DNA from: Carcharhinus amblyrhynchos
Lineage: Eukaryota
DNA: 64,000 nucleotides
Assembly: GCA_965287045.1 (NCBI GenBank)
Contig: OZ336870.1
Location: 132,060,001-132,124,000 of the forward strand
Direction: 5' to 3'
This document shows, piece after piece, positions 37,001 to 49,000 of the stretch. The notes under the pieces are model-generated. The model was not told where the DNA came from and searched no databases. It saw only the letters and a program-made list of their open reading frames with translations. The position numbers were made by a program, and so were the translations under genes. Positions within the stretch are counted from its first letter, which is position 1, and each line of letters opens with the position of its first letter.

Positions 37001-40000
37001 TTCCAACCTGACCATCAGCCTTCCTCCAGTGGGTGTCAATGCATTGCAGAAGTTGGTCTAGAAATCTGTGAATTCTCCAATCTCCTCATGTAACTTCAGT
37101 CGGAGACTGGTAGAATCCATGGAGGGCCACTATAAATAACTAAAACAACCATTTATGCCATTTATCTGGAGTTTCTATAGAACAAGCATTGATAATTTTC
37201 TAGACCAGTGTCATGATTGTATATGGATGGTGGAATGACTAAAAATAAAACCTGTCAACATTTATTATAATCTCATGGGTGAAAGTGCATGCAATATTAT
37301 AGAATCATAGAATCTTATACTGCAGAAGGAAGCCATTTGGCCCACTGAGTCTGCACTGACCACAATCCCACCCGGCCCTATCCCTATAGCCCCATGCATT
37401 TACACTAGCTAATCCTCCCAGAACTAGGGTCAATTTAGCATGGCCAGTCCATCTAACCTGCACGTCTTTGGGATCTGTGAGAGGAAACCCACGCTTGTAC
37501 TGAAAATGACAGTGTTGACTTGGTAGTGAAGCCTCCCATAGTCAAACATCCTATCGATGTTCCCACATATAGTTGCTCAGGCGTCGTCCTGGAGAACCGA
37601 AGGGAGACGATAAAGGTGACCATAAAGGTAAAGGAGGTGAAAGATAAGGATATGGTTCTTCATGAATACTTTACATTGGCTTTCAGGAAAGAGGCTTATG
37701 GAGCAGACATTGAGGCTTATGGAGAGGAAGGAACTAATAAGGGGGTTAGTATCCTTGAAATAGAGAAATCATTGGGCCGAGATGCAATATATCCCAGATG
37801 GCTAAGAAAAGCAAGGGAAGTAACAGCAAAGGCTCTGATCATCATTGTCCAATACTCTGGCTACAGGTTAAGTGTCAGAGCCTGAATTACCTACTTTTGT
37901 GTCATAAATTGTCTTTGTTTCTGTTTGCTCTGACTCAAACACCATTTAAAATTTACTGAAATATTCTGCATATTTCACGTTAGGAAACCATTGCCCAGTT
38001 GCTGTTTTCTGCTGGCCGCTTTCAATTTCTTGACTGGCTGCTACTTTTCCACCAACCGTTTGCCCATTCCTTAATGGTATTTCTCCTCCTGTTCAATACC
38101 AACCAATACCTTTCATGCAGTGATTGTATTCTTACTCTGACATGGCTGATGCTACAATAAAAGGAACGAGGGACATCAGTTATGTGAGAGATTAGCAAAG
38201 CTAAGTGCTCTCTTTAGAGCAGGAAGGTTAGGGTAAGATTTAGTAGCCATGTTTTAAAATTGAGGAGTTTTAAAATAGTTATTAAGGAGAAACTGTTTCC
38301 ATTGGCAAGGAGGCCAACGACCAGAGGACATAGATTTAGTATAATTGACAAAAGAACCAAAAGGTAAATGGGGATAATTTTGTTTCTGAACAGCAATTTC
38401 TCATCTGGAATGAAAGCGTAGTAGCATATTCAATAATAACTTTCATCAGGGAATTAAATAAATAAATAATGAAAAGGATGCATTTTTCTGGGCTATGGAG
38501 AATGAGTCACATTGGATAACTCCATCAAAGAGCCGCACAGGCATATGGGCCTCCTGCGCTGTAGGATTCTATGGTTCTATGATAAGCTACTTCACTATTC
38601 CAGTTTAAAAATGGGGATTTTGTAAGTCTACAAAAAGAGCAGGTGAATCATCATCTTAAGACAACCGTAACATTGTGCCACTTGAAGATATTGGGAGCAG
38701 GTTACTGGAAAATATTATACAGAAAGGAGTGATAGTTTTCAGTGCTAAGCTCCAGAGGCTAAGAGAATGAAGACAAATGGAAGCTTTCTGAGCACAATTT
38801 GGCTGCTGAGTTTCCTTCATTATATAAGTAATGAAGAGTTCTGCAGGGTTTTGGTGAGACCACGTCTGGAATATTTATTCAGTTTTTGGTCTCCACATTT
38901 TAGGAAAGGATGTATCACATTAGGGGTGATACAGTGAAGTTTCAGTAAATTGGTCCCTAGGTTGAGGGGATGGTCCTATGATGAGAGGAGAATTTTTTTG
39001 TACTCCAAGAATACAACTGTACTGTCTCCTATCGTGACCATATTCTTCTCTTCTCCACTCACCTAAACATAGCGAGTCTCCTCATCCACCCTGCAGTCCT
39101 CCTCATCCACCCTGCAGTCCTCCTCATCCATACAGGTAGCAAGTACCACCTATTGGACAAAATCTGGGACTGAGGCTCCTCCATCACTACCCCTGTTGGA
39201 TCACCTTACGTGCGTGATTCGCTATTACACTCTATTGTCCCTGACCAGTAATCAACACTGGAGATCTATGTCAGCTAAGGGGTATGACCACCGTAAGAAG
39301 AATTTTCTGAAGGATGTTCCCCTTAGGGTGCCCTGTGTTTGTTGAACCTCATTCAACTAATACATAGACTGCGAAAGACAGCATATATTTGAAGAACGAA
39401 AAGGAATTTATTTGCTAATGCGTGCATCAGGAGAGAGACACAGTCATTGAAGGTTGACTGTGCTCTCTGACCCAATATTGTCCAATAAAATTATATTATT
39501 CTTAACATTTCAACATCCTGCCTCATCTTGTCAATCAGACTGGAGGGCCCAATCACAATATTCAACTTTATTATCTTAGCCAACAATATTCGCTTTATCA
39601 GCAGGAACAGGAGCTTATTAGCTTATTGCCCATGTAGCTTCCTTTACCTAGGAAACCTAACCCACGCCATTACCAGGAACCAAGGCCATAACGAACTTCT
39701 GTGATTTTTAATTGGTGAAAGAAGTCACTCTTTTGCTGGAACCCGGGCCTCCTTAATCAGCTTGAGAAACTGCTCTAGCCTCGCTACCCATGAACGAATT
39801 GACTCTCATATCAAGCCTGTGATTAAACTTGCCTTTTGCATATCCAAAAACCGATAACAGAAGCTGCCTTTCTGTGCTCCATTGTATTAACAGAATTTGG
39901 CCTGTCTACTACTTTGTTTCCCATCATGCTGCACTCAGAACAAAGTTGGCCAAGGTGCACAATACAGGATTGAAAATACAGTTTAAGCTTAGAATACTTG

Positions 40001-43000
40001 GTTAATTTGTGGAAATACAGTTTATAATACCTTTGCATATATTGTTCCAGGCACATTGTGAATTCTTACTATATATGAGGCACTTTATAATTACCTTACC
40101 TAGCCTACTTATTAAGGTAAAACTAAAATGAAGGGCCTGATACTAGAATTCTATACTACCCTCCTGCCAATCAACCACCTTCTGTTACAGAGTTTCCAGG
40201 TACATTCCCCTCCCTGATGCTGAAGCTGCTCAAGCCACATACCTCATATACTCACTGGTGATGGCCTTAACCCTGGCACCAGGCAGACAAAATTGGTGTC
40301 CTGGAGCTCCCACAATCTTCAGTTGCAACACAACACTTGCGCTGCTATCTTTTTATTAAGTGTTAATTTATTAAATTAATTTTAATGAATAAACCCTACC
40401 ACTCCCAATAAGCTTTTTATTTTAGTTATTTATTTAATCTTTTATTTAGCCAGGTAAGGCAATTGAGAACCAATTCTCGTTAAAGTAATGACCTGGCCAA
40501 GAGGCTAATGCCATAGCAACATAATTTACACAATATAATTTTTTAAATGCTGAAAACAGTAAAATACAAATTGGCAGTTAAAGGGAATTGACAGTTTAGC
40601 AAATACAGGTATCAGTCAATAGAGCCTTAATCTTTCAGTGCAAGGGAATAAAATTAGTTAGTTTCAGCTTTAGTTGTATCTCATGTCAATCATTGGCAGC
40701 TGCAAACAGAAATGAATTACAACCAAAGACTTTGCTCACTCTTAGAATGATCAATTTGATCAACTCAAACGACCCCAGATTATAAGAGACGGTAAAATGT
40801 GACAAACTTTTCAAATAGGTAGCTGTTCCCTAGCAAAGTTCGACTCCGACTACAAAACCATACTATGAATAAAATCTTAATTACGAATATTTTGTACCAG
40901 ATTTTAAACTTTAAATGAGCAAAATGAACAAAATCCTTACCAACCAACTGCTTACCTAATTTCCTTATTTTCTCCAAATCATGGACAGTCCACAGACTGG
41001 ACCCACAAGCTAACTCTTTTCAGCGCCTGGCTCTGCTGGATGTCTCAGCCACCCTTGTGCATTTTGAAGCCTCCAGGTCCACTATTTGCTTGGCTCCGTC
41101 ATTAACAGTTGTGTCCAGGATGATTCATCCTGGTTGGTGGTTGGGTGAAAGTGAGATATCAATGCCAGTTCAGGTTTGCAATGTGTTATGAGCCCTGTTT
41201 TAGGCATGCAGGTTCTCCACAGCGAAAGCATCAAGTGTGGCCAGTAGAGATAGTAGCAGATTGTTGGGTCAAGTAACTGTTCTCTCTCTCCATCTCTGAC
41301 ATCATTCTGTCTGTGGTTGCACTTGTTGAGACTGTCCTTGAAATGTTTCGTTGGGCTACCTGTCTGTCTTCAGTCGAGCATTCTGACAATATACCCCACG
41401 TGTCACAGCTGAGTGGGATTATTCAGGCCACTATACCCAGCAAGACTGTGTTTGTTCTTTTGTCCTTCCATTTGATTTGCAAGATCCAACTCTGACAGCA
41501 TTGATCATTTTGTTCTCAGGCCTTGATATGACATCTCTCAGGTTGTCCAACCTTCCATGCCATAGATTTCTTGGGAGAACCACTTGAGTTTAGCGTGGGA
41601 TCTGACACCAGTTTCTTAAAATCCCATGTAATTTATCACAGGCTGAGTTAGCACGTTGGATTTGGTGGTATATCTCTTCGTCAATGTCAACTTTCAGGAA
41701 TAGCTTTGGTTCCATTCCTTTGCATCTGGATGCAATCAGCAATTATTTCTCTCTCCTTTTGTATTCATTTATTCTAATTGTTTATAGGGTGTGAGTGTCA
41801 CAGGCCAGACCAGCATTTAAGCTGGTTTTATGCTCAACCTTACGCTTGAAAAGATGCTGGTGAATTGCTGCAGAACATCTAATGAAGGTACACTCACAGT
41901 GATGCTAAGGTGGGAGTGCCAAGATTTTCACTCAGCGACAGTAAAGGAACAGAAATATCACTCTGGTGTGTGACTTGGAGTGGAATTTGCAGGTGGTGAT
42001 CCCATGTGACTACCAATTTATCAATCTAAGTAGCAGAGGTCACAGGTTTAGAAGGAGCTCAAAGGAGGCTTGGCAAGTTGTTGCAGTGCAACTTGTAAAT
42101 GGGTACACACTGCAGCCATGTTGTATCAATGTTGAGGGAGTGAATGGTTAAGGTGGTGGATCAGGTATTGATCAAGCACTAGTTTGACTTGAATGTTACT
42201 AAGCTTCTTGAGTCTTGAATGGGCTGCACTCATCTAGACAAATTGAGGCTGTTGCAGCACACTATTGATTTGTGCCTTGTGAATGGAGGACAAGCTTTGG
42301 GGAGTCGAGGCAAGTTACTTGCTGTAGAATTCCTGCCCTTGTAGTCATGTTAGTTGGCTGGTCCAATTGGGTTGCTGGTCAGGTTGTTGATGGTGGGATA
42401 TTCAGTAATAGTAATGCCATTTAACATCGAGGAGAGATAGTCAGATTCTCTCTTGTTGGAAATAGTAATTACCAATAATTGTCCTTTTATCATCACAGGC
42501 CTGAATGTTGTCCAGGTCTTGTTAGATGTGGGCACGAACAGATTGACATCCTATGGTATGAGGCAGCTTCATGGGCAGCTCTTCACTCTGCTTTTGTTGA
42601 GCAAGTTTAAAAACCATAGAACCCTACAGTGCAGAAAGAGGCTCTTCGATCCATCGAGTCTGCACCAACCACAATCCCAGCCAGGCCTCACCCCCATATC
42701 TCTACGTATTTTACCTACTAATCCCTCTAACCTATGCATCTCAGGACACTGAGGGGCAATTTTTAACATGGCCAATAAACCTCTTTGGACTGTGGGAGAA
42801 AACTGGAGCACCCGAAGGAAACCCACACAGACACAAGGAGAATGTGCAAACTCCACACGGACAGTGACCCGAGCCAGGAATCGAACCCAGGTCCCTGGAG
42901 CTGTGAAGCAGCAGTGCTAACCACTGTGCTACCGTGCTGCCCGAAGTTATTCACATTTGTGCATTTCTAATCTTTACTTGAGTATTTTTAAGCAATCTTT

Positions 43001-46000
43001 ATTTCTCCTCTATCAATCAAGAATTTGCACCAGTTGTCAATTTGCCATAGAAGATCATCTTTGAATTAGTTCTTCAGATACTTTCAACCTCACTATTGTA
43101 GCTGTGCCTTCATGATCAGAACAATGCTTAGCATGTCAGCTTTTTAAAAACTTTAGGTTCATAGGACAGGTTTGAAGTTGCGGAGAATACTATTTGATCA
43201 GGTGAGAAAAGGCATCTGTGAAACCAGCGAGTTTCACGCTATTTTCCATGCCTGTTCCAGCAATGTACTATTTTGGGGAAATTCCATATTCCTTATTGAC
43301 ATCTTGTTAACTGTAATCTCCACAAGTTTCTGACATAAGGCAGCGTTGTCAGAACGACAGCACTATATACTTTGAGCTTGATCTGCAGACTCACGCCTGT
43401 GTTGTTCCAGAGGCACTCTTGAAGTTTATCAAAAACTGAGCTGATTTTGGTGAATCTGCAGGATGCTTCTGTATCAATATGGATTTCGTTAAATTGGGTA
43501 CAGCCTAGGAAAGTGAATCTGACCATATTCTCAGACATGTGATCACAGTTGTGCAATCCTTGCCTGCGGCTGTTTGGAATAGTGCCACTGTCTTTTTAAG
43601 ACTGATATCATGCAAAATTTCGGCCAAGCACTGCAAAGTGGTTAATGATTGTTTGCATTTCTGAGAATGGGTCAAGAGTTCAGTGAAAGGTGAGTTCTTC
43701 CAATGTATTAGTTTTAGCTTGTTATTTTCTGAGGTTAAAGAGCTGCTCATCTGTGCTGAATCTAACCTTAACTCCGATTTTGTGAGATTGAAAGCTGTAA
43801 GAAACATGGCAGCAAATGAAATGTTGAAGAATTATTATGAGTGTGTACCTTTGCTTTATATCATTTATAACAGCATTAATTAGCGATTAGGATCATCTCC
43901 CACAAGTCTAAGCCATTATGGAGTTGTTAAAGCATCTCAATGAATTTGTGTGGACAACCAAATCAGATGTGGGTTTCCCAGAGACCTTTTCCACTGACAG
44001 TGTCAATTGCTTTTGTTAGGTCAAATTGATCTTTGTTAGATCAACTAAGGTCTTCATTTTGCTCTCTGCACATTTCTTGGAGCCATCTGGGTGATTAATT
44101 CACTCAGTGTTGGAGGATCAAAGATACCATGTGTGTATCTTCGACTCAATATTCTTGCCCCCAGCTTGACCTTGCTGTCTGATTGCTCCCTTGACTGAAC
44201 CAGTTACTTAAACTTGGAAGTTCACATAGTATCCATTACAAAGACTGCTCATTTCCAACTCCACAGAAATCCCCTCCTTCCTGTTTCTCAGCAATACCCG
44301 CCACCCACTGCCTGTCCACTGCCACTGAAGCCCTTATTCACATTTCATGTTTAACATCTTCACTTTTCACAGGCTTTCCCAAGCTTCATCTTGGAAAAAC
44401 TCTGTATACAAACTCTATGCCCAACAACCTGAACTACAGTCTGTTACTTTATCAGATTGTGATTGGTTTCTTATCCCCTGATGCAAGGAATTCCAAATCT
44501 TTGTCCTTGTTCAGGGATATTTCTGTGGTCACATCTGCCTTGAACTGCAACATCCAACGGCCCTTTGATTGCCCCTTCCTTCTAGTTGGGTGTTGAAAGA
44601 AGTGACGTTTTAATTTCCACCCCATCCCGTCATCACCCTCACCGTTAAAGATTGCACAGATGTCTCTTTAACAAACGCAATGTGGATTTCATTTAGCTGT
44701 ATGTTGTTCAGAATATTGGCAGGCTGAGGGTCCTTTGTATGCAGTCAGACAAAGCCGTTACACAAACATATAAATGTTGCTGGAGAAAAAAATGAACAAC
44801 CCAGCAGGAAGAGAATGGAAACACAGCTCTCGTTGCTGGGAAACAGCTGTGGATGATGACATTGATGTAAAATTCAGCTTACAAAATGAATTTGTGCTTT
44901 TTCTGACCTTGCCTTCCCTCTGTTGCTGAGAGTGCCAAATTTATAGCTACTATTCGTCAACAATCTGACAAGATCATGTAATGCAGACCAGTTAATGAGC
45001 ATCACAGTTCAAGCCATTCCTGGATCATACACAGAGCCACCTATTTTGTTTAGTAAATTTGTTTGGCAGCGAAAGCTTCAAAAATGATTTTAAAAAATCA
45101 GAATATTACCAATGCTTGGAAATTTGAAGCAAGATGTATCCAGAGCAGAGGAGTTAACATTTTGGATGCATATCCTTCTTAACAATATTTTGCAAGAGTC
45201 AGCACAGGAAACATTAACTTGTCTGTTGTATTCACAGATGCTGACTAGTGTGTTTCCAGTATTTTATATTTATTACTGCTTAGAACAAAAGTCTTTGTGA
45301 AATTCTGCAAAGACAACAGGAAGATCCTCCAAAGTCACATGATAGATGTAGTGTAAAAGGGATTTTTTTCCCACCGGCACAGTACTTTAACTTTTTACCA
45401 TTTGCTGGTGGAAAATTATAGTTAGTAATGCAGATGCTTTTCTTTCTTAAGTGTCACAAGTAGGCTTACATTAACACTACAATAAAGGTATTGTGAAAAT
45501 CCCCTAGTTGCTGCACTGCAGTGCCTGTTTGGATACACTGTTTGGAAAACTTAGCATGGCCAGTGTACCGAACCAGCATATCTTTCGGATTGTGGGAAGA
45601 AACCAGAGCACCTGGCAGAAACCCACACAGACACGGAGAGAACGTGCAGACTCCACATAGACAGTGATCCAATCCGGAAATTGAACCCGGGTCCCTGGCA
45701 TTCTGAGACAGCAGTGCTAACCATTGTGCTGCTCCTAAAGTCTGTTGTTTTGGTTTGCAGGACATCATTAACTCAATGACTGGCTGTCCCAAAATGTATC
45801 TATACTGGTAAAAATTTTGAAACATCATTTACCCTCCAAAATTTGAAGTTGAAATATTATAAAATTTGTTCAGTGAATTGGGATTTTCAGTGGGCGATAG
45901 AAGTGGCCTTAGTTCAGCAACACTCAGTTTGACTGTTGCTTTTCAAGTGGTCTCCCTATTTTCTTTGGAAGTAGTTGCGTGTGGAAGCTCCATGGAGGGA

Positions 46001-49000
46001 ATTAGGAAGAAAAACCGTCAGCCAAAGAGGAATCTTTCCACTGCAGAAGATGGTCAGGTTAATCATAGTGAAGTGATTCAACAATGGGAAGGTGATATCA
46101 AGCAATTTGGTCATTACTTGTTAATCTCAAAGGAGAGGAATGGTGCACTTTTTATTGGACTTATCAGTAAGAGGATAAGGAAGGACTCGCAGCAGCATAT
46201 TTATATCTGTGGTATTGTGAACAGTCTCGGTTAACTCTGGAGAATATGAGGAACCGACTTTGAGCACAATTCAGTTTTTAAAAATTACAGCTTTGAAAAA
46301 TAACATCAAAATTGGACAAAAATGTTTCAAATTAGGTCAAAATTAATTGGGTAAAGCACAATTGTGAATTTCATCACCCCAGGTAGTGTGTTTAAGGATA
46401 GTTATGGGCAAATCAGTTCTAATACACCACGTTTTTGATAATGATGGATAGCACTTTGAGTCAAACGGCCATAGGTTTACGTTTTACTCCAAAACTTGAG
46501 CATGTAATTAATCTAGGTTGACCCTGAGTGAATGAAATGTTATGTTGCAATGCCATGGATGCTAAAGGCCCACTACAGTGTTGGGAGACCAGGAAGTTCT
46601 AGTGACTGGCAAACATGTGCGTCAACCAATACCACCAAACAACTTCTATTTGTGGATATTGGTGTGTACAAAATATTTACATTCAGCTTCAATAGTAATT
46701 TTATGTGAGACACATTGGGAAGTTTGTAAGCCAAATGCAAGTTAATTATCCAATAAAGAAGCTCTCTGCAGTGGAAGTGTGAATGATTGCGTTTGAAGCA
46801 TTAGTGCAATGTGTAAGAATGGTAGTCTTATGGAACAGTGGACAGCGTTATTACTTCAGAGCCAGAAGCTCTGGGTTTGTGTACCATTCCAGGACTTGAA
46901 TGCCATGGAAGGTGTATTCATATTGCACTCAAATAGGTTGGTTGCATTTCTGCACATCCTTCCAACACACCAATGGCAGGTGATGAGTGTGGGAAAACTC
47001 CTGGTGCTTGATGTGGAGTGGTGACCAAGCTATAGATTTAGGATAGTGACCTGTTCCATCAGAAGTAACCTACAGAAAGTGACATAAGCATGTGCATTGT
47101 CTGCCTCATGCACCTCCAGAAGCGGGAATTTAACTAAGTCTAATATGCAAGTTCACCATATTTCATTCCACTTGCCATAAGCCCAGCAACACCAGGATTA
47201 GCATATTGATTGTTTTTTTCTCCAGAAACCCCTGGAGCAACTTGCATTAATATAGCATCTTAAATGTAGAAAAATGCTGCATGACATTCCACAGAGAGAG
47301 AATCAGATGAAGTTGGACACTAAGCTAAGAAGAAGTAATGCTGCACAGTAATCAAAAACTTAGTCAATGGGCTGAACTTGAATCTTAAAGGAGGAAAGGG
47401 AACTGGAACAGTGATGGGTTTATGCAGGGCAATTCATAGTCTGGAGCAGTGTCAAAGGGGCTCCTTTGTGATGTTTGAGGGCTGCCATTAGGTTTTCAGG
47501 TGCTTCTTGAAGGTAAAGCAGATCTAATGATTTAAGTCAGAAACCAAATTGTTCCAAGTAAGGGGAAATTTCTTGGACATCCCACTGAGGGATCTTGTAT
47601 TCAGCCAATCTCAGCAAACACAAAGACAGTATACGAGTAAAAATGTTCTTTAATTGACCAACATGTTGGTAGAGAGATGGTCAGAGGATGTCAACTTCTC
47701 TTTGCCTTCACGTAACAGATATACATTTCTGAAGATTTGATACACTGTCCAAACTCAACGATTCAATTACATTAATATACTTAATTTACTTTGGCCAATA
47801 GCATTCTACCTTCCAGTAGAATTAGAAATTAATTGGTCAACTGACCCCCACCAACCCCGTTGCCTAGTAACCTTACCTTTTTAAATCCGGTAAGTTCAAG
47901 GGTCACCCCCCTCCCCCCAACACCTGTAGTCCTCAGAACTAGAAAGGAGTCACTTTCACTAGTCTGTTTCATTCTTTTATCAGTGGAGGTTGAATTGCAG
48001 CTATTCATTATAGCTAGGAGCTGAATCCTTCTTTTCATTTCAATAACTTGGGTTGCCTGTAGCTACTTGGTCTGCCTCTGATAATAAGGTATATGCTCTA
48101 TGCTTCATTGTTCCAAAAGTATATGGTCAGTCTAATTAAACATTTCCAATTATGCTAAGGGGTAAACTGCTGTCAGCCAAAGCTGAAGAAAATACAAAAA
48201 TACAGTTTAATTCTATAATACTTCATCAAAAATGATGATATATGTGCTTATACAGATGATATATATGAGGCACATTGTGATACCTTAAATATATATAAGG
48301 CACAATGTGGTCCCTGTTTAAACTAATGTACTTGTTTTAATAATTGCAAAAGCAGGGATTTCTGTATTCCCTGCTACATTCTCAAAGCAGGAATTTGCAG
48401 ACATGCTGTTGACCTCTGTTAAATGACATGAAAGTTAGTTAGGCAGTCAAAAATGCAACAATTAAAGCTTTCTGTCATCTCCTCCTCCTCCTCCTCCTCC
48501 TCCTCCTCCTCCTCCTCCTCTCTCTCTCTCTCTCTTCCTCCACCCCCCCCCCGCCCCAGCATATCACTAAATGCTTGGAGTGTCATGCTCTTCTGGATGG
48601 ACTGTATTCCCATTTCCTACACAAGAAAACATTCTGTTTAACAAAAGAAAACACGCTGCCACCCAAAAAAGACTTACATACAAGAGAAACATTGAAAAAA
48701 ATCTAAAGGGAGCAAGCAAAATTGATTGCCTTTTTCCTTCTATCCCAGATGTCTACGTTTAAACTTTACTCTTAAAATAATTTATTGGACAAATATAAGA
48801 GAGGAAGAACGCCATTGGAAAGGATTTACTATTTTTCTTATTTGTTTGGCTCTTGTTACTCCAGCAGTAGTTCATAAATGTGAAAGTCAAGATCAGGATG
48901 AGGGCTTTAGAAGGAAAAGAAAGATATTACAAGAACAATACCTGTTCTTCAGGGGTTTAATTATGAGAAAATACTATACAAATTAGACCTGGGTAATTAG

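Noticed and set aside
39078-39130. CRISPR-like direct repeats
   Set aside because: Head-to-tail 21-bp duplication with no spacers, in vertebrate intronic DNA.
42880-42942. tRNA genes at SINE heads
   Set aside because: A/B boxes run directly into the V domain and tail; these are SINEs without a complete cloverleaf.
47800-47895. Possible exon ending at a strong CCG|gtaagt donor
   Set aside because: Every nearby AG gives a stop in the required phase 0, the pyrimidine tract is poor, and there is no SH3D19 similarity.
48419-48641. Poly-Glu and poly-Ser ORFs
   Set aside because: Translations of the (TCC)n microsatellite.
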